From a bacterium (lineage in GTDB: Bacteria > Zhuqueibacterota > Zhuqueibacteria > Residuimicrobiales > Krinioviventaceae), in assembly GCA_963675755.2 (NCBI GenBank), contig CAXXMD010000003.1, positions 3,392,001 through 3,456,000 of the forward strand: a DNA stretch of 64,000 nt. Direction: 5' to 3'. The first letter of the stretch is position 1. Each line of letters opens with the position of its first letter. This document shows, one piece after another, positions 19,849-29,037 of the stretch. Below the pieces are notes generated by a model. It searched no databases. It was not told the origin of the DNA and worked only from the letters and a program-made list of their open reading frames with translations. The position numbers and the translations under genes are program-made.

Positions 19849-21591
19849 GTGAATGACTTGGGAAAATTCAGTTTATTAATACAGTTTGTTTTTATGCTTT
19901 GTTTTGTTCTCCTGGGATCCCCAGCTGCCCTATCAAACACGTTTGATTTTGAAGCTCAGATTCGTGGTTTAGACACATTGAATGTTGAACAATTCCGTTT
20001 GGAAATTGATACGTTATATTTTGAACTGGAACGCATCAATGACTATAAAATTAAAAAGGAATATGCCGATCGTCTTTTTGCTATCACCAGGGAGAGAGAC
20101 GAGTTGGCACACATTCGTTCTTTGGTTTATCCGGTAATCTATCCGGATTCTATCAAAGTGCTTTATATGAAAGAAGCATTTGAAATTGCAAAAAGATTAA
20201 ACTCTGTCAAAGAATTGGCTTGGCTGGAAGAGAGACGGTGCCGTCATTATATGCAAAAAGCACAGTATGATTCGGCAATGACAAGTTTATTAATATTAAG
20301 GGATGAATACTGTCCCAATCCTGGCAGCGATGAGTACCTGAATATTGAGAATTTATTGGGTGATATTTACTATAGAACCGGTATGTATGAACAAGCACTG
20401 ACTGCTTACCAAAATATTTATAAAGAGTTTGAGAAACAGGACATATGGGATTATTGGCGCCCCTATGTCATCATGAATAATATTGGTTTAATAGGAATTG
20501 AACTAGAAAACTTTAAACTTGCTGAAACCTGGTTTAACAAGTCATTACAAAAAGCCAGACAATATTTGATGGTTCCTGAAAAAAATAACATCATTGCCTA
20601 TATTTTGGTGAAATTAATGCAAGTTAATATCGAAAATGAACGCTTCGACGACGCCAGAAATTATTTACAGCAAATATTATCTATGCCACAAGATCAAATT
20701 TATACTGATGTTCACCAGGAACTTTTATTTGTGAAAAGTACACTTTTGTTAAATGAGGGGGATGCAGATGGAGCATTGGAACAGGTACAAGCTTTATTAG
20801 ATTATGGTAAAAAAAGACAAGCTGCTGTACGGTTTAAAATTGAAGTTGATTTGTTGCTATCTCAAATATACAAAGCGCAGGGTAAACGCCAATTGGCTTT
20901 ACAGCATTTGGAAAAATATACAGTTGTAAATGATTCTCTAATGAAACATAATCACTCAATTCGTTCGTTACTTTTGCTGGCAGAAAAAGATCATAAACTT
21001 ACAAGAGAAAAGTTAAAAGCTGCCAAACGTCAGGAATTATGGTTGTATTCATTCATATCTATTATATTAGTAGCCTTGGTGATTGTTGTTCTGTTATATA
21101 GACGGCTTTACCTTTCAAAGTTGCAAATGGTTGATAATGCAATGGAAAAACAATTAAAAGGAGACAGACCATCTGTAACTGCTAGATTAAACGAGTTACC
21201 AAAAGACAATGAACAGCAAGAGGGCACATTTCAACTACTTTCTCAGCTGGATGAATTGATTACCGAGAAAAAAATATATCTTGATCCTGATTTGAATATT
21301 CAAAAAACAGCAGACTATTTGTCTACTAACCGAACCTATTTATCTACAGCTATAAATAATACCTACAATATGAACTTTCCTACCTATATTAACCGCTTGC
21401 GCATACAGGAATCGATACAACTGATTGCTGAAGGTTTTACAAAAAATCAGACACTGGAAGCATTGGCCTCACAATCCGGTTTCGCCAATCGGGTTGTGTT
21501 TGTAACCGCGTTTAAAAAGTATACCGGTGTTACTCCGTCCTTTTTTATCAAAAATTTTGAGCATTATCGTGCAAAACTGGGTGTTAAATAA
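19849..21591 (+). CDS. Membrane-anchored AraC-family regulator with extracytoplasmic TPR sensor
   Basis: N-terminal hydrophobic segment, TPR-like helices, one TM (LWLYSFISIILVALVIVVLLY), AraC YLDPDL..LSTNRTYLS..IN..F..YIN.LRI...SGF...F..AFKK.TG.TPS.F. Confidence 0.88.
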   Translation: MNDLGKFSLLIQFVFMLCFVLLGSPAALSNTFDFEAQIRGLDTLNVEQFRLEIDTLYFELERINDYKIKKEYADRLFAITRERDELAHIRSLVYPVIYPDSIKVLYMKEAFEIAKRLNSVKELAWLEERRCRHYMQKAQYDSAMTSLLILRDEYCPNPGSDEYLNIENLLGDIYYRTGMYEQALTAYQNIYKEFEKQDIWDYWRPYVIMNNIGLIGIELENFKLAETWFNKSLQKARQYLMVPEKNNIIAYILVKLMQVNIENERFDDARNYLQQILSMPQDQIYTDVHQELLFVKSTLLLNEGDADGALEQVQALLDYGKKRQAAVRFKIEVDLLLSQIYKAQGKRQLALQHLEKYTVVNDSLMKHNHSIRSLLLLAEKDHKLTREKLKAAKRQELWLYSFISIILVALVIVVLLYRRLYLSKLQMVDNAMEKQLKGDRPSVTARLNELPKDNEQQEGTFQLLSQLDELITEKKIYLDPDLNIQKTADYLSTNRTYLSTAINNTYNMNFPTYINRLRIQESIQLIAEGFTKNQTLEALASQSGFANRVVFVTAFKKYTGVTPSFFIKNFEHYRAKLGVK

Positions 21592-21631
21592 CACGATATT
21601 TATTAAGAAAAATTATTTTAGAAAAATGTAT

Positions 21632-21658
21632 AGCCCTTTCGGTCTTTTCCGAAAGAGA
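21632..21658. terminator. Hairpin terminator of the groEL-type family (degenerate copy)
   Basis: agccctttcgg-tcttt-tccgaaagaga; resembles 39016, 41881, 43146, 44585. Confidence 0.6.
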
Positions 21659-21681
21659 TATACAAATTTTGTTATAAAATG

Positions 21682-23022
21682 TTATTTGATAAACAATACT
21701 TTTTGTAAATGAGTTGTGTTCCCTGCATTCATCCGAATCAGGTAGGTACCGCTTGGGGCAAGCTGACCGCTATCTGTAGAGCCATTCCACTGGACCGAAT
21801 ATTCACCCGCAGGTTGTTTTTGGTTAATCAGCTGTTTGACCTGACGACCCAAAACATCATAAACTAACATGGTAATGTGGTTCTCTTTTGCCAAATTATA
21901 CTTGAGCGTTGTTGATGGATTAAACGGATTCGGATAGGCTGAAAATAATTGTGTGAAAACTGGCACCGTTTCGTTAACAGATGTTGTACCAATACTGTTT
22001 ATTGTTCCGGTTGTGCTGACTTTAGATAGGCGATAGATGTAATTCACTCCTGCTGATACATTCTTATCTGTAAAAATATATTTAAATGGGGAGGAGGTAG
22101 TGCCTTGTCCTGTTAATTCCGTATGGGTTTTGTATGAGGCAATCTGCATCCAATTGGTTTCTTCAGTTTTACGTTCGATAATAAAACCGATATTGTCACT
22201 TTCGCTGGCAGTGATCCATTTGATATCAATCCCCTTTGAGGTAGATACTGCAGTGAAGGATTGTAATGATACCGGTAAGCTTCCGTCAAGCCCTGTACCT
22301 TTTATCGAAAAGCTAAAAGTGCTTTCATCTTGATCATCGTTGGATATTGTGATTGTTGCCGTGCGTGTTCCCTGAACAGTCGGATCAAAGGTCACCTGAA
22401 ACGTTGATGAACTGCCTATGCTGATTTCAGAATTGGGATCAAGAGTGACAGAAAAATCGCCAGCGTGGGAACCGCCAATCTCAACCAGCGGAGTACCAGT
22501 CAATGCCAATGCCCAAACTCCGCTATTTGATATTGTAAATGTATGATTAATTGTTTGACCGGTTACAAAGGCATCACCAAAGTCTGTCAAGTCAGTTAGT
22601 TCGGGAGTAGAGTCATTATTCCCAATATCCAGTCCATTACCGGATACGGATATTTCAGGCCAAAGTACAGTAACCAGAGGAGTGCCGGTTGCTTCACCCC
22701 ACAAAACCCACCCCGAAGCTGGCGGTTCAGAAGGAGTAACCTCCGGAGGTCTGTATTCTACATAATATAAAATATCATCATCATCATTATAGTTGGTATC
22801 AATATTCCAGTATTCAACGCCGCCGTACCAGTCACAATAGACATAATTTCCGTCAGCGTCCATCCAGTATTTATAACCATCACTATCTATACCTTGAACA
22901 GTATAGGTACCATTTACATTTGCTGGAATTGTAATTCCGGTAACTTCCAAGCCCTGGCTGTAAACCTGTGAAACAATGAATAATGCAAATACCAGAAAAA
23001 ATGTTTGTTTTATTCTTTTCAT
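21682..23022 (-). CDS. Secreted Ig-like (choice-of-anchor D/ASH-type) protein with LPVSL module and T9SS-like CTD
   Basis: PEISVSGNG..I...D.TP...D.TDFG...HTFTISNSG...F.V.FDP...GTRTATITISNDD.DE..F.F.I.GTG; YPNPFNP CTD. Confidence 0.82.
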   Translation of the reverse strand: MKRIKQTFFLVFALFIVSQVYSQGLEVTGITIPANVNGTYTVQGIDSDGYKYWMDADGNYVYCDWYGGVEYWNIDTNYNDDDDILYYVEYRPPEVTPSEPPASGWVLWGEATGTPLVTVLWPEISVSGNGLDIGNNDSTPELTDLTDFGDAFVTGQTINHTFTISNSGVWALALTGTPLVEIGGSHAGDFSVTLDPNSEISIGSSSTFQVTFDPTVQGTRTATITISNDDQDESTFSFSIKGTGLDGSLPVSLQSFTAVSTSKGIDIKWITASESDNIGFIIERKTEETNWMQIASYKTHTELTGQGTTSSPFKYIFTDKNVSAGVNYIYRLSKVSTTGTINSIGTTSVNETVPVFTQLFSAYPNPFNPSTTLKYNLAKENHITMLVYDVLGRQVKQLINQKQPAGEYSVQWNGSTDSGQLAPSGTYLIRMNAGNTTHLQKVLFIK

Positions 23023-23049
23023 TTTTTTCTCTTTTTAAACACGTTAATG

Positions 23050-23625
23050 TTAATTTTTTTGTTTTGTGTTATGCGGGTCCTGACCTTTTACACAAATATA
23101 ATATTTTAGCACCAATACTGGTTGAATATTTGAATGGGGTTGATTAACACCGGAAGAGATGATAACACCAGGTGCCATTGTTGTTGAAGAAATGGAAGGA
23201 GAGGAATAGTATTTTAGATCATCATACTTTTCATCCAGTTCTTTTGTTTTTGCAGGATAATTGTTTTCAATTTCCAAGTTGTCTGCATCTTTGGTAGAGC
23301 AAAATACCGAATGATTATGGGAAGGTATTTGAGATTTGGTTAAAATCACTTCACTGGCCCCCCCTGTTTCTCCCAAAGTACGTCCTGTTAGATTCACTCG
23401 TTTACCCACTCCAACCACTACTCTGTCTTTCAGGTTCGGAATTGCAAAATTGTTGACCCCATCTCCTCCGAAATGATTTCCAATTATTGCAAATAATTCA
23501 GGATATTCTGTAATCATTAACAGGCGACCATCGCAATATTTCCAATTTGTGGTAATAAATTCTCCGTGTGGATTGTAGGGGAATGCTTCTATGGTACCCA
23601 TAAAACTGGTTTCACTGGCCATCAT
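23050..23625 (-). CDS. Phage tail-collar domain (microcystin-dependent protein-like) protein 3
   Basis: FMGTI..F...W.YCDG.LL.I.EY..LFAIIG..FGGDG..NFAIPNL..R...G, GG...V.L...Q.PSHNH, H.N.QP.L.L.Y.ICV.G; start reassigned to ATG 23625/23622 after RBS AAGGAG. Confidence 0.88.
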   Translation of the reverse strand: MMASETSFMGTIEAFPYNPHGEFITTNWKYCDGRLLMITEYPELFAIIGNHFGGDGVNNFAIPNLKDRVVVGVGKRVNLTGRTLGETGGASEVILTKSQIPSHNHSVFCSTKDADNLEIENNYPAKTKELDEKYDDLKYYSSPSISSTTMAPGVIISSGVNQPHSNIQPVLVLKYYICVKGQDPHNTKQKN

Positions 23626-24181
23626 GTTCTCCTTTGTTTTCAGATTCATGCCTTGGGGGAAAGATACCATTTATACATATAATGTAATTTAAGCAGAAAA
23701 ATGGCATCATATTCTCATGAGCCTCGCCATCGCCTGTCATACCAATCATATTCTTTTTCATTAATACATCTTTATCTTTTCTATAAAAATGATATTTGTC
23801 AGAACTGCTGTTTTGAGCCGGATAATTATTTTCAGGATCATTAACCAAGCCTGTTCTACCTGGTGTTGTAGTACATTGAACATGGTGATTATGTAATGGC
23901 ATTTGATCTTTTTCCAATATTATTTTTTCATAACCACCATGATTCCCAAGATTGAAATTTGACGATTCACCTTGTCCGGTACCAACCGGTATACATCCAC
24001 GCAAATCCGGCAATGCTATTGTAGTTTGGCCATCTCCCCCAAAATTGTTGCCAATTAGGGCTGCAAGTGCCTTGTGATCACTCACAGACAAAATTGATCC
24101 ATCACAAAATGCCCAATCTGTGGGTGGTTTTGGACCAGCAAAAAGTGCTATCTCTCCTAAAAAGCTGTTTAAACCTGCCAT
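23612..24181 (-). CDS. Phage tail-collar domain protein 2
   Basis: FLGEIALFAG..PP.DWAFCDG..L...ALAALIG..FGGDG.TT.ALPDLRG, MPLHNHH, HENMMPF..LNYIICING.FP. Confidence 0.9.
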   Translation of the reverse strand: MAGLNSFLGEIALFAGPKPPTDWAFCDGSILSVSDHKALAALIGNNFGGDGQTTIALPDLRGCIPVGTGQGESSNFNLGNHGGYEKIILEKDQMPLHNHHVQCTTTPGRTGLVNDPENNYPAQNSSSDKYHFYRKDKDVLMKKNMIGMTGDGEAHENMMPFFCLNYIICINGIFPPRHESENKGEHDGQ

Positions 24182-24196
24182 CTTTTCCTCCTGTGT

Positions 24197-24724
24197 TTAT
24201 TCTAATGGCTCTTGTTCATGTGGATATATACCTTCAACACAAATGATATAATGTAATGCTAAAAAAGGCTGCATATTCGAGTGTCCGTTGATTCCACCTT
24301 CCTGGCTTATTATCTCATCTCCCATTGTTTTGTTATCATGTTCTGCGCAATAACATAAAATGTTTTCAAGGTTTGGTTTTGCGAAAATGTTGTTTTGAGG
24401 TTCGGAAGATTTTGTTGTATCACTAACATCACAAAATACAGAGTGGCTATGTGACGGAGTATGATATTTTTGTAGATAAGATTTTTCTTTTCCAAGATTC
24501 ATTGCAAAATGAAAATTGCCTTCTCCCATAACCGTTCTACCACTAAGATTAGGTAAGCAAAAAGTCATATGCCCGTCCCCTCCGAAATTAATCCCAATGA
24601 TATTATACAACCTGGCATATTTTGCGATCTCTAGGATATCACCATTACAAAACATCCAGTTTTTAGGAGGATAGCTCCCGGAATAAAGTTTTATGGTTCC
24701 AATAAAATCATCATTTTCCTGCAT
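24197..24724 (-). CDS. Phage tail-collar domain protein 1
   Basis: FIGTIKLY.G..PP.NWMFCNG..L.I..Y..L..IIG..FGGDG..TF.LPNL.GR, PSHSH, H.NMQPFL.L.YIICV.GIYP. Confidence 0.9.
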   Translation of the reverse strand: MQENDDFIGTIKLYSGSYPPKNWMFCNGDILEIAKYARLYNIIGINFGGDGHMTFCLPNLSGRTVMGEGNFHFAMNLGKEKSYLQKYHTPSHSHSVFCDVSDTTKSSEPQNNIFAKPNLENILCYCAEHDNKTMGDEIISQEGGINGHSNMQPFLALHYIICVEGIYPHEQEPLE

Positions 24725-24880
24725 TGAAAATCTCCTGTTAGATTTTTTAAGCGAAATTCCAGACCAGTCCCCTTGAATTTAACCAGAGTAAAAAACAAAA
24801 ATTTTAGAGGTAATGGACCAATCTAATCTTTCATGAATACAACTGAATCGATAATAAGATATGGATTAAATAAATACCCT

Positions 24881-24923
24881 AACAAGCAGATATGTTGCAA
24901 AATGCAGAGATTATGTTGCATTT
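24881..24923 (-). promoter_or_regulatory. Putative AraC-type operator, copy 2, upstream of the tail-collar operon
   Basis: Minus strand aaaTGCAACAtaatctctgcatttTGCAACAtatctgcttgtt; 21-bp period. Confidence 0.65.
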
Positions 24924-25036
24924 GAGATGTGAAAATGAAGTTTTTTGAGGAAAAGTAATTTAAAATTGATTGTTATAATGAATCAGATATGGTTTTGTTA
25001 AATTTTGTTATTTCTGATTTTTTTAATAGCGAGGAT

Positions 25037-25076
25037 AAAAAGGCGCCTCCCCACATTGAATCATTGCGGGGAGGCG
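25037..25076 (-). terminator. Intrinsic terminator after 25082 gene
   Basis: cgcctcccc...ggggaggcg stem; A tract on + strand is the U tract on - strand. Confidence 0.7.
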
Positions 25077-25081
25077 GAAAG

Positions 25082-26743
25082 TTATTTTAAAAGTTGTATT
25101 TTTTGACTTTGATTGTAGCCTGCTGTTTGCATACGTACCAGATAAGTACCACTAGGTGCTGGTGTCCCTGCATTGGTTAAGCTGTCCCATCTGATAGAGT
25201 GTTCACCGGCGATTTGCTGTTGATTGACAAGTGATTTTATCTCACGTCCCAGAACGTCATAAACTGTCAGCGTAACATGGCTGTCTTTAGCCAGACTATA
25301 GTTAAGGGTAGTGGATGGATTGAAGGGATTGGGATACGCTGCAAGCAGTTGTGTGGTTTGGGGAGTTGTTGATGCTACAACGGATGTATTGCCAATCACA
25401 TTCACGGTACCGGTTGTACTGACTTCGGAAAGACGATAAGTGTAATCCACTCCCATTGATATATTATTATCTGTAAAATTATATTGCGACGGGTAAGAGG
25501 TAGTGCCTTGTCCTGTCAATTCAGCATGTGTTTGATATGAAGCGATCTGTTGCCAACTGGTGTCGTCAGATTTACGATCAATAATGAAGCCGATATTGTC
25601 TGTTTCGCTGGCGGTGTTCCATTCCAGTTCTATAGTATTGCTTGCACTTTTAGCAGTAAAAGAAACAAGATTAACTGGTAAGGTAAGGTCTGAAGAACTT
25701 ACCCATTGAGATGATTCACTGGGATCAAGTATCCCAAACCATGTCATGTTTGCAATATCGTCAATTACGGGTGTTGTGAGATTGTCGGGTGCTGATCCTC
25801 CAAAGCCAAAAGTTAGTGTGATTATATTTCCTGTATTCGAAACAATAATATTGTTTTCATTAACACCTGCACCGGAAACCGTTTTTATCGTTTTGCCGTC
25901 CCAGGCACCAGTAACAAATGCTCTGTCGGCATCTTCAAGAATTTTGTTAGCGAGGTCGACATTGCCTCCATGGATATCAGTGAGACCAGAATAAAAAGTG
26001 CCTGTTGCAAGTCCTTTTGAATCAGAAATAGTTGTGCCGCTCCCGGCATCAAAATTCCAATAGCTCTTGCAATTTGTATTGTTAATTGTTGTTTTACTGG
26101 ACATTTGATTTTGAATATCAGTTAGACTCAAGGCTGAATCCCATACTCTTGCTTCATCCAGATAGCCTACGAAAAATCCATATCCCCATGGCAGTCTTCC
26201 CATGTTCAACCTGCAATCTGTGTTTGCCCGAATATTTCCGCTTTGATTGGCTTCGTTTTCCAAAGATCCATTTACATATATCCTGACTTTAGAGCCATCA
26301 TAAGTTCCCGTCAAAAAGTACCATGTTCCTGTACTGGGTTTTGTACTAGATGTTACGCTTACTTTGGTTCCGGATTCATTTTCAACTGTAAATTCGAATT
26401 TATTTGATACTTTGGTGTTCCGTAGCCAGAATTGACCATGTTCGGTAGTAATGTTTAATGTATTGTGAGTTGCATATGAAATATATGAAGAGTATTGCCC
26501 TTCTCGTTCATCATGGTTTGATACAGACCATGAACTTGGATCGGTAGTCCATTTAATCCAAACAGCTACTGTGAGTTGATCTGTAAATCCATAATTAGGA
26601 GCCCCACAATAAATGAAATCGCCATGTGAATTAAAGTTCGCATTCTGAAAATTTATTGCTGTCCCCGCCTGGCTGTATAAATTACCAGGCACTAAAAAAA
26701 ATACGCTTGTAATCAATGTTAATAATATTAATGTTTTTTTCAT
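25082..26743 (-). CDS. Secreted LamG jelly-roll protein with LPVNL module and T9SS-like CTD
   Basis: LTVAVWI, WYFLTGTYDG...IYVNG, F.GYLDEARVW, YWNFD.GSG; start reassigned to ATG 26743 (MKKTLI). Confidence 0.87.
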   Translation of the reverse strand: MKKTLILLTLITSVFFLVPGNLYSQAGTAINFQNANFNSHGDFIYCGAPNYGFTDQLTVAVWIKWTTDPSSWSVSNHDEREGQYSSYISYATHNTLNITTEHGQFWLRNTKVSNKFEFTVENESGTKVSVTSSTKPSTGTWYFLTGTYDGSKVRIYVNGSLENEANQSGNIRANTDCRLNMGRLPWGYGFFVGYLDEARVWDSALSLTDIQNQMSSKTTINNTNCKSYWNFDAGSGTTISDSKGLATGTFYSGLTDIHGGNVDLANKILEDADRAFVTGAWDGKTIKTVSGAGVNENNIIVSNTGNIITLTFGFGGSAPDNLTTPVIDDIANMTWFGILDPSESSQWVSSSDLTLPVNLVSFTAKSASNTIELEWNTASETDNIGFIIDRKSDDTSWQQIASYQTHAELTGQGTTSYPSQYNFTDNNISMGVDYTYRLSEVSTTGTVNVIGNTSVVASTTPQTTQLLAAYPNPFNPSTTLNYSLAKDSHVTLTVYDVLGREIKSLVNQQQIAGEHSIRWDSLTNAGTPAPSGTYLVRMQTAGYNQSQKIQLLK

Positions 26744-26950
26744 CTTGCAACTTCCCTTCAAGAAAAGAATTGAAAAAAATGCCAGGTATTAATTAAGTAA
26801 AGTACTTTAGCATTCTTTATTATTTTCTTTCTATTGCCGAACTCTTTATTTTTTGTATCCTATTAAGAGTAGGCTGGCTATTTATATCAGTATCGGCAAA
26901 ATCCAGGGAATTTAAAGTGAAAATGAAGATAAAATTATTAATATAAGCAA

Positions 26951-26985
26951 TTCAAGGCAACCTTCTTGTAGAGGGTTGCCTTGGA
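26951..26985 (-). terminator. Hairpin after 26988 gene
   Basis: caaggcaacc...ggttgccttg stem. Confidence 0.65.
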
Positions 26986-26987
26986 GT

Positions 26988-28796
26988 TTATTTTATATAT
27001 AAAACTTTGTGAATTTGGCTAAAATCTGTTGTCTGCATCCGCACCAGATAAGTACCGCTAGTTGCGGTTGTACCTGAATCAGTAGAACCATCCCATTGTA
27101 TAGAGTGGTCACCGGCAACTTGCTGTTGATTGAGTAATGTTTTGATCTGTCTTCCCAAAACATCATAAACTGTTAGCGTAACATGACCGTCTTTGGCCAG
27201 GTTATAATTCAGTGTTGTTGAGGGATTAAACGGATTCGGATACGCCGCAAACAGTTGTGTGGTTGAAGGTATTGTTGCTGTAACCGTTGTTGTACCAATT
27301 TCTGTTTTTGCTCCGGAAGTACATACTTCATAGAGACGATAAGTGTAATCCACTCCTGCGATAGTATTGTTATCCATAAAGCAGTACTGAGACGGGGAGG
27401 AGGTACTACCTTGTCCCGTCAGTTCCGAATGAGTTTGGTAGGAGGCAAGCTGCTGCCAGTCAGTGCTGCCGGACTTGCGATATATGACAAAACCAAGGTT
27501 GTCATTTTCGCTGGCAGTGGTCCATTCAAGATTGATGGAATTACCTTTGTTTGATGCTGTAAAGGATACCAGTTCTACGGGTAAAGCGTCGTCACCAACT
27601 TTGTACTCATATGCACCCATATCGATTGTGCCTGCTGCCCCAGTAGTTTTGTCCAGTTTGCGGTCAAATCCGTTACCGCGGATGTCATAGCTTTCGCTGC
27701 AATAGCTGTCGTAGCCGGTATCGGTACAGGGAGAAATACCGCTAATGCTGTAGGGATGAGTTGCATTATTAGAGGGTCCGACAAATTGCGGATTGGTTGT
27801 TATGCAATTGTTTGTGGCTGTTAGCGTGCCGCCATTGTTGTAAACATCACCCGCATCATTTCCATAGCAGCTAAAATTAAAAATGGGTGCTCCTGTGTCA
27901 ATATAGATTTCATTGCCATTGGTAGTACTTGAATTACCCCAAATGATACAGTTATATAATTCGGGATCAGAATTATTCGAGTATATTCCTCCTCCATTAT
28001 CAGCGGAATTACCTGTTATGGTTACATTGGTCATTTGCATGGCTGATGATAATAAGCAAATACTGCCGCCGTCACCATCACATGTGTTATCACTAATCAA
28101 ACCATTGACGAGAATAGGGGCGCCGGATGTATTATACATTGCACCACCGGACACTGTCGCATGATTGCCTGTGAATGAGCAGTTGGTCATGCTTAAACCT
28201 GATCTTGTGTTAAACATGGCACCACCGTATTTCGCTTCATTGTTTTTAAATGTAACATTTACAAGCGTTGGTGTGCAGGTATTATTATGCATCCCACCAC
28301 CATACGTATGCTCTACCACTGTTTCATAATATGCCATACCATCACTAATAGTAACACCATCAAGTACAGCTGTGTTATCCAGGCCGATACTGTTATGATA
28401 GAATACATGGTAACAATGATCACCGCCCAGGTCACCGCTTAGGATGGTTTCATTGTCCTGTCCCGGAGCATAATTGGTGCGTTCGCTCACAGCAGATTCT
28501 GTTCCTGCGAATCCACCATAGACAGTTACTCCATTGATCAATCTGAAATGGTTATAGGTAGATCTACCCCCACCAACAAGGCCATAGTCAGAAGAGGGAA
28601 CATAGGTACCTTTGGCGATCCAGATTTCATCGGGAGATGTCGCAACGTCCAGGGCTGATTGAAGAGAAGTGTAGGCGTGGGTCCAACTGGTTCCATCATT
28701 GTTGCCGCCTGCATTGATATCAACATAGATGGTGGCGCTCCATAGAGGTAGAACAATAGCAAGTGAAACAAGAACCATGAGCATAGTCTTTTTCAT
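26988..28796 (-). CDS. Secreted right-handed beta-helix (pectin-lyase-like/POMP-repeat, choice-of-anchor Q-like) protein with LPVEL module and CTD
   Basis: IYVD.NA.G.NDGTSW..AY..LQ.AL, repeated F..N.A..GGAM, SPC.D.G...D.RG..R...IDMGAYE; ATG 28796 after RBS AAGGA. Confidence 0.85.
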   Translation of the reverse strand: MKKTMLMVLVSLAIVLPLWSATIYVDINAGGNNDGTSWTHAYTSLQSALDVATSPDEIWIAKGTYVPSSDYGLVGGGRSTYNHFRLINGVTVYGGFAGTESAVSERTNYAPGQDNETILSGDLGGDHCYHVFYHNSIGLDNTAVLDGVTISDGMAYYETVVEHTYGGGMHNNTCTPTLVNVTFKNNEAKYGGAMFNTRSGLSMTNCSFTGNHATVSGGAMYNTSGAPILVNGLISDNTCDGDGGSICLLSSAMQMTNVTITGNSADNGGGIYSNNSDPELYNCIIWGNSSTTNGNEIYIDTGAPIFNFSCYGNDAGDVYNNGGTLTATNNCITTNPQFVGPSNNATHPYSISGISPCTDTGYDSYCSESYDIRGNGFDRKLDKTTGAAGTIDMGAYEYKVGDDALPVELVSFTASNKGNSINLEWTTASENDNLGFVIYRKSGSTDWQQLASYQTHSELTGQGSTSSPSQYCFMDNNTIAGVDYTYRLYEVCTSGAKTEIGTTTVTATIPSTTQLFAAYPNPFNPSTTLNYNLAKDGHVTLTVYDVLGRQIKTLLNQQQVAGDHSIQWDGSTDSGTTATSGTYLVRMQTTDFSQIHKVLYIK

Positions 28797-29037
28797 GATC
28801 AATTCCTTGTCGTTTTGATTCGCAAACTGTTTTTTTTATGGAGATTTGAAGAAAAGTAATAATGAATATAATAAATTGATTTTACAAAATCAAATCTTAA
28901 TCATTTATCCATTGGTAGAATGGTTTCATTTCAGGTTATTAATAGATTATTCAGGGCAAGTAGCCCTTGCTTTCAAATTCGAAAGTTTGTAATTTCAAGA
29001 TTAAAGATTTAAATTTTTTTATAAAGGAGGTTTGTAA

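Noticed and set aside
23050-24724. Prophage or tailocin
   Set aside because: No terminase, capsid, tube, sheath, baseplate, integrase or lysis genes nearby
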